DNA of 64,000 nucleotides from a virus. Made by a program: the position numbers and the translations under genes. Numbering within the stretch: the stretch's first letter is position 1; the number at the start of each line of letters is the position of its first letter. Shown in pieces: positions 7,535 to 16,097 of this stretch. The notes beneath the pieces are model-generated. The model had not been told where the DNA came from. It did not search any database and worked only from the letters and a program-made list of their open reading frames with translations. The stretch spans positions 1 to 64,000 of the IMG/VR virus record IMGVR_UViG_3300042908_001045. One strand, 5' to 3'.

Positions 7535-8930
7535 CAACATTGCCATAGCAACAGGCTGGACAATTGCTTCTACCGTTTCTAAACACTTAGATCCAAGCAG
7601 TTATTTTGTCATAAAAGAGTTATATTCTTGTACTCCGGGAATTAATTTATTAGTTCGTAATTTACTAGCTAACACAACTATTCGTTATTTATTTTTGTTG
7701 AAAGCCAGTAAATATGATTTAAACTCTGGCTCTATAGATTGTGTCTTGGATTTTTTTGCTAAAGGAGTTCAACTGGGAAAGACAAATGGTGGGAGAACAG
7801 CATGGATAGTAGATTCAAAATACACGGCTTATATTGATGCTGAAATACCAAGTATTGCACTTGATAGTTTACGTATGTCTGTTCAAGTGTATGAATTTCA
7901 AGACATTTCCTCACTAGTAGAAAAAGTTAAATCTTTTAGTGATAAAACATCTAATCCTTGGGCTTCTCCAATGATATTTCCAGAACATAAGCCAGTTAAT
8001 CTAATAACTCCTGGGCAGTTAAATGGGCATAGAATAGAGTCAAGATTTATCCATGAAGCATGGGTCAAAATATTGCATAGAGTAAGAAGTAATGGCAAAA
8101 TTAGTGTAAGTTCTAGCGATATTTTATGGCAGGAGCTACTAAACGTTATTACTGTTATTACAGATGAGCCAGAAGATTTGATATTTCCAGAGCCTAACTA
8201 TTTGCCCATAGATAATTTTTTTATTGAAAAATATGTTTATCAAATGTTAAACGGTGGAGATAATTCTAGTAGTTATGGAACTAGAATGATTAGTCATTTT
8301 GGCATTAATCAAGTTGAATCTGTTGTTAATAATCTAAAAAACAACAGAATTTCTAACAGACTTGTAATTAATCTATGGGATGTTCAAAGTGATATAAAAT
8401 CACCGTCTCCACCATGCTTAAATCATGTTTGGGTTAAAATATATGACAATCAATTGTACATGACTGCAACTTTTCGCAGTAACGATATGTTTTCTGCATG
8501 GACTTCTAATGCCATGGGATTAAGAAAACTGCAATACCATATTTTCAATCAAATCAAAGAGCATTATTTAGATGTTAAAATGGGTTCTTTGTCTATTATT
8601 AGTGAAAGCGCTCACATTTATGAAGACTCTTGGACTGCTGCTGATGATATTATTCAGTGTCATTATCAACGTATTGTTAATAGGAAAGTTTTTGAAGACC
8701 CTGTTGGAAACTTTGTTATTCGCATTGATGATAATGCCATTTTAGTCACTCACGTAACTAAAGATGGTGAACAAGTAGCTAAATACACTGGCAAGTCAGC
8801 TACTTTGATTTGTAACAAAATTGTAGCTAACAATCCATCTATATTACCAGGACATGCGGCTTATCTTGGAATAGAATTAAATAGAGCTGAGAATAGCTTA
8901 CTCTTCGGCAAAACCTACTCTCAGTTCTAA
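7527..8930 (+). CDS. thyA: thymidylate synthase, cyanobacterial type (MtrA-like N-terminus, DUF4346 C-terminus)
   Basis: PPCL, FRSNDMFSAW.SN, SAHIYE; C-terminal DPVGNF...HAAYLGIEL. Confidence 0.85.
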   Translation: MSNNIAIATGWTIASTVSKHLDPSSYFVIKELYSCTPGINLLVRNLLANTTIRYLFLLKASKYDLNSGSIDCVLDFFAKGVQLGKTNGGRTAWIVDSKYTAYIDAEIPSIALDSLRMSVQVYEFQDISSLVEKVKSFSDKTSNPWASPMIFPEHKPVNLITPGQLNGHRIESRFIHEAWVKILHRVRSNGKISVSSSDILWQELLNVITVITDEPEDLIFPEPNYLPIDNFFIEKYVYQMLNGGDNSSSYGTRMISHFGINQVESVVNNLKNNRISNRLVINLWDVQSDIKSPSPPCLNHVWVKIYDNQLYMTATFRSNDMFSAWTSNAMGLRKLQYHIFNQIKEHYLDVKMGSLSIISESAHIYEDSWTAADDIIQCHYQRIVNRKVFEDPVGNFVIRIDDNAILVTHVTKDGEQVAKYTGKSATLICNKIVANNPSILPGHAAYLGIELNRAENSLLFGKTYSQF

Positions 8931-8956
8931 TGTCTCTGTATTGTTGTCTCCTCTTT

Positions 8957-8976
8957 AGCCATCTGAAAAGATGGCT
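8957..8976. terminator. bidirectional terminator
   Basis: AGCCATCT-gaaa-AGATGGCT plus T tract. Confidence 0.7.
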
Positions 8977-8981
8977 TTTAT

Positions 8982-9251
8982 TTATAATTCACTTTTCCAG
9001 TAATTATTAAAAACTCTAATACCACCAGGACTAAAAGACAGTATGGCTATGGTTAATGCCAACTTATTAAATATTTCAGCAGCAGCGCCTTTTTTCTCTC
9101 TTTTATCAGCAAAAAGTAGCGTGTCACCATGAGACGCGATTAATTCTTGTATGCCATCTGGAATAGCCGGTAAATAGCCTAGCTTTTTTATCTGAAGCAC
9201 ATGCAAAGGTACTGCGCACTCTAAAGACGGTATTAATACGTGATTTTCCAT
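8982..9251 (-). CDS. hypothetical phage protein
   Basis: 89-aa ORF (GDTLLF...FNKLALTIAILSFSPGG). Confidence 0.65.
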   Translation of the reverse strand: MENHVLIPSLECAVPLHVLQIKKLGYLPAIPDGIQELIASHGDTLLFADKREKKGAAAEIFNKLALTIAILSFSPGGIRVFNNYWKSEL

Positions 9252-9325
9252 TGTTTTCAGTGATTACATTACTAGTATTTTACCTTAGATTGTTGAGTGG
9301 TAAGCGTTGTATGAATTTAAAATAT

Positions 9326-9368
9326 TTTTCAGAAAACACTTGACACTAAAATAAAAGTAGTTTATATT
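9326..9368 (+). promoter_or_regulatory. early promoter TTGACA-17-TATATT, same family
   Basis: TTGACA 9340-9345, GTAGTT before -10. Confidence 0.75.
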
Positions 9369-9394
9369 GAGTAGCGAGTAATCAAGGAGATATT

Positions 9395-9886
9395 ATGAAC
9401 ATTCAAGAAAAAATAGATAACATTCAAATGAACAATTTAGCTAATTACCTGCGTGTGCAGGGTGTTAGCTCGTTGGAAGAATACAAGCAAAGCAAAAAAC
9501 AAGAGTTTCTGGAGTGTGCGGATACTCCAGAAGAAGGAGAGGATGATTACAAAAAGTGGCTCGCCACTTTAGACAAAGTCCTGTCTAAAGTGACAAATGG
9601 CGGCTCCTACCCCATAGATCTCCGTTATTGGGAGATGGTGGAGGAAAAACAGTTATTTCCACAAGACGTTGTGGAGTACTTCAATGCCAATGATGGCAAA
9701 GAAGTATTAATGCCAGTAGAATACTTCTGCTCAGGACAGGAGTTGGCTGCACTCCAAGAAGCAGCACACTGGACAAAAGATACTGTTCAGGTTGAGATTG
9801 CTGGACAAATTCTAGGAAATATTCCAGAACGTCAGCCGGACCCGGCAAACAATCCACCAGCTAATAGTGGATGGGATAGCTGGTAA
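9395..9886 (+). CDS. hypothetical acidic protein
   Basis: 163-aa ORF, AGGAG RBS. Confidence 0.7.
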   Translation: MNIQEKIDNIQMNNLANYLRVQGVSSLEEYKQSKKQEFLECADTPEEGEDDYKKWLATLDKVLSKVTNGGSYPIDLRYWEMVEEKQLFPQDVVEYFNANDGKEVLMPVEYFCSGQELAALQEAAHWTKDTVQVEIAGQILGNIPERQPDPANNPPANSGWDSW

Positions 9887-9899
9887 TAGCATTGCTTTT

Positions 9900-9933
9900 T
9901 AAATTATACTTTTTGCCTTAAAAGTATAATTTA
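9900..9933. repeat. perfect 14-bp AT-rich inverted repeat (terminator or binding site)
   Basis: TAAATTATACTTTT-tgcctt-AAAAGTATAATTTA. Confidence 0.6.
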
Positions 9934-10130
9934 GTCAAATAGAATTGTACTTGAATATTAATTCAGGGAAAATCCTATGGTAGTTACTTTTTACTGAAAA
10001 TAGGGCATTGCATAATAAAGTATGAGTTTAAGCAAGAGAGATGAAATGTCCAAAGTGTAATGTTTTTTATTTATATTGCCATTGACAACATAATTTGGTA
10101 ATATAGAATCAGGAGTTACAACAAAAATAA

Positions 10131-10451
10131 ATGAATGTTATCGTATTGACAGGAATAGCGTTGAAGCCAAAACAAATTGAATTGCCTTGGGGAAAACCAG
10201 GTATTGAATTTGTGATAAAAGTTCAGCCTACAAAGCCAGGAGAACTTGATTATTTCTTTAAAGTAATTGCATCTGAAGCTAGCAGCTTTAAGGAGCAAGA
10301 TACTGTCTTGATAGAAGGTTATCTTGATATAAATCAAGAGGAATTACCAAATGGCAATAAAAATAAAAAAGCCGTTATTTACGGCAAAAAAATTGAGGTG
10401 ATAAACACCAGCTACAAAGCAGAAAGTAGCTTAGATAGTATGCCATTTTAA
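10131..10451 (+). CDS. ssb: single-stranded DNA-binding protein-like (OB fold, acidic DSMPF tip)
   Basis: MNVIVLTG...VLIEGYL...C-terminal DSMPF. Confidence 0.65.
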   Translation: MNVIVLTGIALKPKQIELPWGKPGIEFVIKVQPTKPGELDYFFKVIASEASSFKEQDTVLIEGYLDINQEELPNGNKNKKAVIYGKKIEVINTSYKAESSLDSMPF

Positions 10452-10454
10452 AGC

Positions 10455-10485
10455 AATAACCTCCGAATTATACTCGGAGGTTATT
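10455..10485. terminator. bidirectional terminator ending the csf operon
   Basis: AATAACCTCCGA-attatac-TCGGAGGTTATT. Confidence 0.8.
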
Positions 10486-10490
10486 TTATT

Positions 10491-11627
10491 TTATTCCAGA
10501 AAGCTAGAAGTATTGGTTTTGCTTAAAAAATCAGATAAAGCGGTTAATTTAGTTTTTGCTCTATCAGACAAGATAGATGAATTCTCAGTAATTGTTAGAT
10601 ATTGACCTGCTTCTTGTCCAGAGCGATAGTAAACATCAACAGAAACCAATCCACATCCAGTGTTTCCTTTACCTCCTAGATAAGGTGCCAAAGCAAATTC
10701 AGACAGAGCATTAACGATAAAACCTTCCTCTACAGAAGTTATATCACTATCCCACCGGCTAAGAAGAGTGGAGCCTTTTTGGAGTAGCCAATCACCCATA
10801 ATCATCTGTTGGCTCTTAGATTCTTTTTTGTCTTTCTTTTTATCACTTGCTCCGAATAAAGATATCTGTCCTTGGTTTTCCTGTTCTAAATGTTTTGCAA
10901 GTTCAGAATCTTTTAAGCTATCTTGTCTGGTTTGCTGCCTATACGTTAAATATTGCGTATAAGGCTTTAGATCATTTTCTAAATTTGGCATCCATTTTTC
11001 AATAGCATTTCTGTATTTTTCTGTGCTAACAACTGAATTAATGTTGTTTAACCAGTTTTCAACTCGTGATTTTTCTAGTTCGTTTTTAGCTTCTACAATC
11101 TCTTTAACTGCTTCTAAACAATTGTAAGGAATAGCAGCAGGAAGAGTGTTGTAGATATATTCAGCTGTTTCTAAACAAACTAAATATGCTCCACCCACAT
11201 TGATGCGCCCTGGAATCATCTGTGATTCTTTAGAGCCAAATAGTCCAGTTGGCTTAGCAGTTCCCAGTAAAGAAATGCCAGGAAGATATGTTCTAATCTT
11301 TTTGTCTAGCTCTAAATCGTTGCCTGTAGAGCCGTCGATAAAACCGCCAGCAAACATAGTTTGATGGGTAGTAGGATTTACAGAATATCCACCTTCCTTG
11401 AGTTTATTTAAGAAAGAACTATTACCTATTCTTCTTAATATTTTGCCTCTTAAAGCATTGCCAGAATAGACAAATACTTCTGCACTATTGTTCTCTAAAT
11501 CTCTGACCTTTTCAACTCTTAAATTGCTCTGATTCCCAATAGCTTCACCAATATGCGATAAAGGTGATAATAACTTGATTACCAAATAAAACGTTATTTT
11601 ACTTCTATTTTCGTATGGATTATACAT
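10491..11627 (-). CDS. csf2: type IV CRISPR Cas7-family backbone Csf2
   Basis: LLSPLSHIGE, YSGNALRGKILRRIG, FAGG, LP.ISLLG, G-rich loop LGGKGNTGCG. Confidence 0.85.
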   Translation of the reverse strand: MYNPYENRSKITFYLVIKLLSPLSHIGEAIGNQSNLRVEKVRDLENNSAEVFVYSGNALRGKILRRIGNSSFLNKLKEGGYSVNPTTHQTMFAGGFIDGSTGNDLELDKKIRTYLPGISLLGTAKPTGLFGSKESQMIPGRINVGGAYLVCLETAEYIYNTLPAAIPYNCLEAVKEIVEAKNELEKSRVENWLNNINSVVSTEKYRNAIEKWMPNLENDLKPYTQYLTYRQQTRQDSLKDSELAKHLEQENQGQISLFGASDKKKDKKESKSQQMIMGDWLLQKGSTLLSRWDSDITSVEEGFIVNALSEFALAPYLGGKGNTGCGLVSVDVYYRSGQEAGQYLTITENSSILSDRAKTKLTALSDFLSKTNTSSFLE

Positions 11628-12117
11628 TATTTTCTTCCTCTTCTGTAAGTTTCAATTCTTTTTCTTCTTCATGTCTTAGCCTAACTAATGCAGCAATTAG
11701 ATGGGGACAATCTTTAATTTGTTTTAAGATATGTCTATCAGTAACTCCTTGCATCTTTAAAGAATGTAAAATCTCTTCCCATCCCATCCATTGAAGTTTT
11801 ACATTCTCTTGATCTTGCTTCAACTCAACAATTTCGTCTTTGTTGTTAATCCTAAGTATTTTTTGTTGTGGGTTTAGTATTCTAGAAAAAACTGATGGAT
11901 TTAAATGATTTACCACTAGTTTTTTGGAGAAATTTTCTATGAAATCTGATACACTCCCACTAGGAATAACAGCATTAGACAGAGATGATTGAAAATATTC
12001 CCATGTCTTGATTCCCATTGCAGGAGACTTGTCTTTGTCCCTGCATAAAAAGCACCAGTAACTTAATGCACTGGCTAATCCTATTTTTGAATCATGCGTC
12101 TGAAATCCGTGCCACAT
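11620..12117 (-). CDS. cas11: type IV-B small subunit (Cas11-like)
   Basis: Small helical protein between csf1 and csf2, overlapping both. Confidence 0.65.
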   Translation of the reverse strand: MWHGFQTHDSKIGLASALSYWCFLCRDKDKSPAMGIKTWEYFQSSLSNAVIPSGSVSDFIENFSKKLVVNHLNPSVFSRILNPQQKILRINNKDEIVELKQDQENVKLQWMGWEEILHSLKMQGVTDRHILKQIKDCPHLIAALVRLRHEEEKELKLTEEEENNV

Positions 12118-12751
12118 ATCCTAACAGCGCTCCATAAGAAGTTGCTCTTGTCTCTTTTATTTTAGACTCTAATTGAGTCCATTCGTCAATACATTTCATT
12201 AATCTATCTGATCTATATTCCCCTGACATAATTTCTGTTTTTGAAAAACCAAGTTGCATAAGTTTTTCAAAATAATTCAAAGACTCAATAAAGTCTAGTC
12301 TATTTAGCCAAACAATTTCCTCTTCTAGTAAAACTGGAAAGAAATTTCTGTCATAAGCTACATGTCTAAATGGATAAGTATGCTTTTGTCCAGAAGTTGC
12401 TAAACAAATAGAGAATGGTGGTTCTGGTGGATCTATTATCCATTTTTTAATTAATTCTCTAGTTGGAATTTTGGTCGCAACTGGCAAATTATCACCATGG
12501 GGAGATTCACCAAAAGTAAAGACGGGATATCTCTCGGTTGTAGATTCAAGCCAACTCCAACATCTAGCAAATACTTTACTCCATGCTTGTTTAGATTCAT
12601 TGTAATACCATGCAGAAGTAGTGATAGCAAAATTACACTTATCGCAAATTAAGTTAGAAAAAGGATTTTTAGCCCTAGATCTCGCGGTAAATTTGTCTCC
12701 TAGTACTAATTTTTTACTAGCAGATTCTCCACAGAAAAAACAAGTTGTCAT
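12092..12751 (-). CDS. csf1: type IV large subunit Csf1 (Cas8-like)
   Basis: CxxC...CxxC Zn finger and PPEPPF....SGQKH motif. Confidence 0.8.
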   Translation of the reverse strand: MTTCFFCGESASKKLVLGDKFTARSRAKNPFSNLICDKCNFAITTSAWYYNESKQAWSKVFARCWSWLESTTERYPVFTFGESPHGDNLPVATKIPTRELIKKWIIDPPEPPFSICLATSGQKHTYPFRHVAYDRNFFPVLLEEEIVWLNRLDFIESLNYFEKLMQLGFSKTEIMSGEYRSDRLMKCIDEWTQLESKIKETRATSYGALLGYVARISDA

Positions 12752-13494
12752 GTATACCTCCTAATCTCTGGAAACATTAATGCAAACGCTTCATATTTAT
12801 CAGGAAAATGTAATCTCAGATTAGCTATTCGCCCCCAATTAATACCGGTTGTTCCAATTGGTGGTCCATTTCTAACAGTCATTCTATCTATGTCATACAT
12901 AGCAGGATATTTCAAACTAAAGTTATCAATATATTGCCAAATAGCTTCAGTTCTCCAAAATCCAACAGGACTGCAAACGACTAAATCAGCTTTAGTTTTA
13001 TAAACTAATCCATGTTTTTTCAAGTACAATGCTCTTCCTTTACTTTCTTGAGATCTAATGCCCCAAGCATATCCTTTGATATTGTTGTTTTCTGTGTACT
13101 CATCAAGTGGATCATACATCAACTTTTGATTAATAATTTTGTCCAGCTTAGTATTCATTTTACCGTCTAACGGAATGCCGTAATCTACATAAAGATTAAG
13201 TAAAGAACGAACTGGACAAAGTTCAACAACGTTTAATCCTTGCTCTTTATAATCTTCAATTAACTCTATACAATCTTCCCATTCAGCTAAGTGTCCTTGA
13301 TTGACCCAAACTAATGGGCATTGTGGATAGACAGTCGTAATCAAATGTGCGGCAACTAGACTGTCTTTGCCACCGGAGATTGAGCAGTAAACTTGAAAAT
13401 CGCACTCTATTAGCCACTGCTCAATAACTGTTTTAGCTTTACTAATAACAGATTTTAACCATGGTGCTTTAACGCCAGTTCCGGTAGATAACAT
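12748..13494 (-). CDS. cysH: CysH-like PAPS-reductase-family protein (type IV-B associated)
   Basis: PP-loop SISGGKDS, GIRSQES..R, SP...W...IWQYI...L.YP.MYD; no ECGLH motif. Confidence 0.85.
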   Translation of the reverse strand: MLSTGTGVKAPWLKSVISKAKTVIEQWLIECDFQVYCSISGGKDSLVAAHLITTVYPQCPLVWVNQGHLAEWEDCIELIEDYKEQGLNVVELCPVRSLLNLYVDYGIPLDGKMNTKLDKIINQKLMYDPLDEYTENNNIKGYAWGIRSQESKGRALYLKKHGLVYKTKADLVVCSPVGFWRTEAIWQYIDNFSLKYPAMYDIDRMTVRNGPPIGTTGINWGRIANLRLHFPDKYEAFALMFPEIRRYT

Positions 13495-13495
13495 T

Positions 13496-14194
13496 TTATA
13501 TTTTTACCGTATTATGCTTGGGCAAATAACACATTCTGCGGTTAGATAATAGCCAACCAGGTGGTTTAATACTCCAAACCAATTTTGGACAATCAACAAA
13601 TCTTGATGATACATTTTCATAAAATTCTTGTGCGTATTCTACAGGAATAGGGCGAGCTAATTTGTCTTTTCTGAAAAGATGATAATCCTGGTCTATAAAA
13701 CAAACTTCCCATTGAGAAACCTGCCCATATCCGTAGCTAGTTTTTTTCCCTAGTGCTTTACACGAAGTAATAATTTCCATAATTTCTTTGGCATTACCTA
13801 CCGCAAACCAATCAATTCTAGAAACTGTTTTAACTGGTAATGGTAAATCGTAAGATTTAGTATGTCCTACCGAAACATCTACTTTAGCTTTCTTTTTACC
13901 CCAATTACAGTTAGACTCCTGATAATCCCATCTTTTCCTGTATTTAGCTATTACAGCTTCAGAATATTGGTAATGAGGTGAACTGACAGCCCAATACCAA
14001 TCATCATTGCTTAGTTTAATTTTTAGTAATGGCAAATCAACATCAATTAAATCCGCTTCAGTTGGATTGGGATTAATAGGTATTCCCTGTTTTAACAAAA
14101 AAAAGTACTGCAATAATCCATCTAATGATGGACTATAGTTATCGTAAACAGCGATAGGCGACTGCAAATGTGCCGTTATTTGTAAATTTTCCAT
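13496..14194 (-). CDS. csf3: type IV CRISPR Cas5-family Csf3
   Basis: LQITAHLQSPIA, LDGLL, KRWD, KSYDLP, WFAVGN, LGKKTSYGYGQV.W, RPIP. Confidence 0.85.
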   Translation of the reverse strand: MENLQITAHLQSPIAVYDNYSPSLDGLLQYFFLLKQGIPINPNPTEADLIDVDLPLLKIKLSNDDWYWAVSSPHYQYSEAVIAKYRKRWDYQESNCNWGKKKAKVDVSVGHTKSYDLPLPVKTVSRIDWFAVGNAKEIMEIITSCKALGKKTSYGYGQVSQWEVCFIDQDYHLFRKDKLARPIPVEYAQEFYENVSSRFVDCPKLVWSIKPPGWLLSNRRMCYLPKHNTVKI

Positions 14195-14297
14195 GTTCTT
14201 TAATTATTTTTTTAACTAAAACATATTTTAACCAAAAAGTCAATATATGTCTTAATACTGGTTGCTAAAATTAGCTGCAAAATGCAATAAATAAGTC

Positions 14298-14334
14298 TAA
14301 GCACTATAGAACATTTTTTATTCTATAGTGCTTA
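14298..14334. terminator. 14-bp perfect hairpin upstream of csf3, probable terminator of 14338..14664
   Basis: TAAGCACTATAGAA...TTCTATAGTGCTTA. Confidence 0.65.
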
Positions 14335-14337
14335 TAA

Positions 14338-14664
14338 TCAGGTGCTAGCTTGTACTTTTTTAGATTCTTTACTTCTTTGTTTCCATTCTTTATTTACCAT
14401 TTCTAAATAATCTGGCAGCACGCTAGTCCACAAAATACCATATATAGCAAAACCTATCATTGCAGCAGTAGTTGAGTAGTCTTGATTGATTGGAATATGG
14501 GTTCTTATTCCTATGGATTTGTTATGGACTTGTATACCATTTTCGTCTAAAGACAATTCATCAAATATATCTAGTAATTGATTCATAATCTTTAGTTGCT
14601 CAAATATTTCCTCAATTGGTTTGAACGTCAAATCACACAAATATTTTGATATTTCTACTGACAT
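14338..14664 (-). CDS. hypothetical protein
   Basis: 108-aa ORF, GGAGAG RBS. Confidence 0.6.
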   Translation of the reverse strand: MSVEISKYLCDLTFKPIEEIFEQLKIMNQLLDIFDELSLDENGIQVHNKSIGIRTHIPINQDYSTTAAMIGFAIYGILWTSVLPDYLEMVNKEWKQRSKESKKVQAST

Positions 14665-14673
14665 GTTTCTCTC

Positions 14674-14877
14674 CTATTCAAATAACTCAATTATTGCATG
14701 TTTTGCTTGTTTGTAGTTTTTCCCTAGAAATTCTCCGTTATCACCAAAAAAACGAGGTTCACAAGGAGATACCCACCAGCCAGATTTTCCTCTGTATTCT
14801 GCTATCCAATCTCCAATTTCTGGGCGCTCTTTCTGTATGTCGTCTATCATCTGTTGAAGTATGTCCGTTTTATTCAT
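14674..14877 (-). CDS. hypothetical protein
   Basis: 67-aa ORF in an operon with 14338..14664. Confidence 0.6.
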   Translation of the reverse strand: MNKTDILQQMIDDIQKERPEIGDWIAEYRGKSGWWVSPCEPRFFGDNGEFLGKNYKQAKHAIIELFE

Positions 14878-14917
14878 GTATGTTAATCTGTTAATGTAAA
14901 TAACTTGTCTATTTTAT

Positions 14918-15505
14918 ATGAAAAAAATAACAATATCAGCCATAGAGACGTGGGATGTTAAACGTCCTATTCCTTACGATAAGAACGCAAAATTACATCC
15001 TGACTCACAAGTAGAGCAAATAGCTAATAGCATTACTGAGTTTGAATTCTTAGACCCAATTGCTGTTGATGAGAAAGGAGTAATTTTAGAAGGACATGGA
15101 CGATTATTAGCTGCTCAAAAATTAAATTTAGCTACAGTTCCTGTTATTATCATTTCTGGACTGTCTAAAGAGCAAAAAATAGCGTATAGACTTGCTCATA
15201 ATAAAATCTCACATAATTCCGGATTTAACCCAGAATTACTTCAAGATGAGTTATCTTTTCTAGATGACAATAATTTTGACATTGAACTAACAGGCTTTAC
15301 TTTAGACGATTTGAACTTTGGAGAGGACCTATTGGATTGGGAAGAGCCATTTAAACAAGAATCTATTGAGCCAGAAGAAACAGTACTTAAATTAAAAATT
15401 GCAACGGAGTACAAACAACCATTGCTAGATGCATTAGACATAACAAAACCCAATCCATCTGCAAATGAATTGGGTGATGCTTTAATTAATTACTTGCAAC
15501 TTTAG
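14918..15505 (+). CDS. ParB/Srx N-terminal domain protein
   Basis: PYDKNAKLH..QVEQIANSI.EF.F.DPI.VD...ILEGHGRLLAA. Confidence 0.85.
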   Translation: MKKITISAIETWDVKRPIPYDKNAKLHPDSQVEQIANSITEFEFLDPIAVDEKGVILEGHGRLLAAQKLNLATVPVIIISGLSKEQKIAYRLAHNKISHNSGFNPELLQDELSFLDDNNFDIELTGFTLDDLNFGEDLLDWEEPFKQESIEPEETVLKLKIATEYKQPLLDALDITKPNPSANELGDALINYLQL

Positions 15506-15774
15506 CGTTTAGCCTCCTTGTATAGTCTGGCTACATCGGCGATAGTCCATTGCCGATGCCCAGGAGATGCAATCTCTAGTTGATTGGCTTTGGTCCAACA
15601 GGACTTACTAGATAGCATTTTCATCAATGGATCGACCATTGGATCTGCCTCTAGCTGAAAGGTTTGGTCCTTTGAGCTAAATCCAACTATCTTGTAAATA
15701 GCAGGGTCAGGATTGGACTCTTTTGATTTTATATGTACATAGTCGTACATTTTAAAAATTGGTTTTTTATTCAT
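15502..15774 (-). CDS. hypothetical protein
   Basis: 90-aa ORF coupled to ssb. Confidence 0.6.
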   Translation of the reverse strand: MNKKPIFKMYDYVHIKSKESNPDPAIYKIVGFSSKDQTFQLEADPMVDPLMKMLSSKSCWTKANQLEIASPGHRQWTIADVARLYKEAKR

Positions 15775-16087
15775 TTACCCCATCCTTTTTACTTGAGATA
15801 AGATTCACACTTTCAGCAACGATAACTGGCTTTTCTCTCCTTTCACCAGTTTTAGTGTCATTCCAAGAGTCTATCTTGAGACTCCCAGAGACAGCTAGCT
15901 TCGTTCCTTTTGGAGCATAGTTAACAATAATGTCTCCGGTCTTACCCCATGCTTCAATATCAAACCATGTAGTTTTTTTGTCCCTACCTCTCACTGCAAG
16001 AGTGATAGTGACTTTTGACGCACCGGACTCAAAATATTTCACTACTGGGTCTTGTCCTGTGTTACCGACCAAAATTACAGTGTTCAT
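15767..16087 (-). CDS. ssb: single-stranded DNA-binding protein (cyanobacterial type, no acidic tail)
   Basis: MNTVILVGNTGQDP.VKYFESG...WFDIEAWGKT...G.LKIDSW; start at 16087 supported by RBS. Confidence 0.9.
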   Translation of the reverse strand: MNTVILVGNTGQDPVVKYFESGASKVTITLAVRGRDKKTTWFDIEAWGKTGDIIVNYAPKGTKLAVSGSLKIDSWNDTKTGERREKPVIVAESVNLISSKKDGVNE

Positions 16088-16097
16088 GTCGTCTCTC

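Noticed and set aside
7527-8930. dCMP hydroxymethylase for DNA hypermodification
   Set aside because: Has the dUMP-type Asn and the cyanobacterial ThyA architecture
12748-13494. cysH as a sulfur-assimilation auxiliary metabolic gene
   Set aside because: Lacks the catalytic ECGLH motif and is embedded in the csf operon
9887-14340. CRISPR array or mini-array near the csf genes
   Set aside because: The flanks contain only single hairpins; no repeat-spacer periodicity seen by eye
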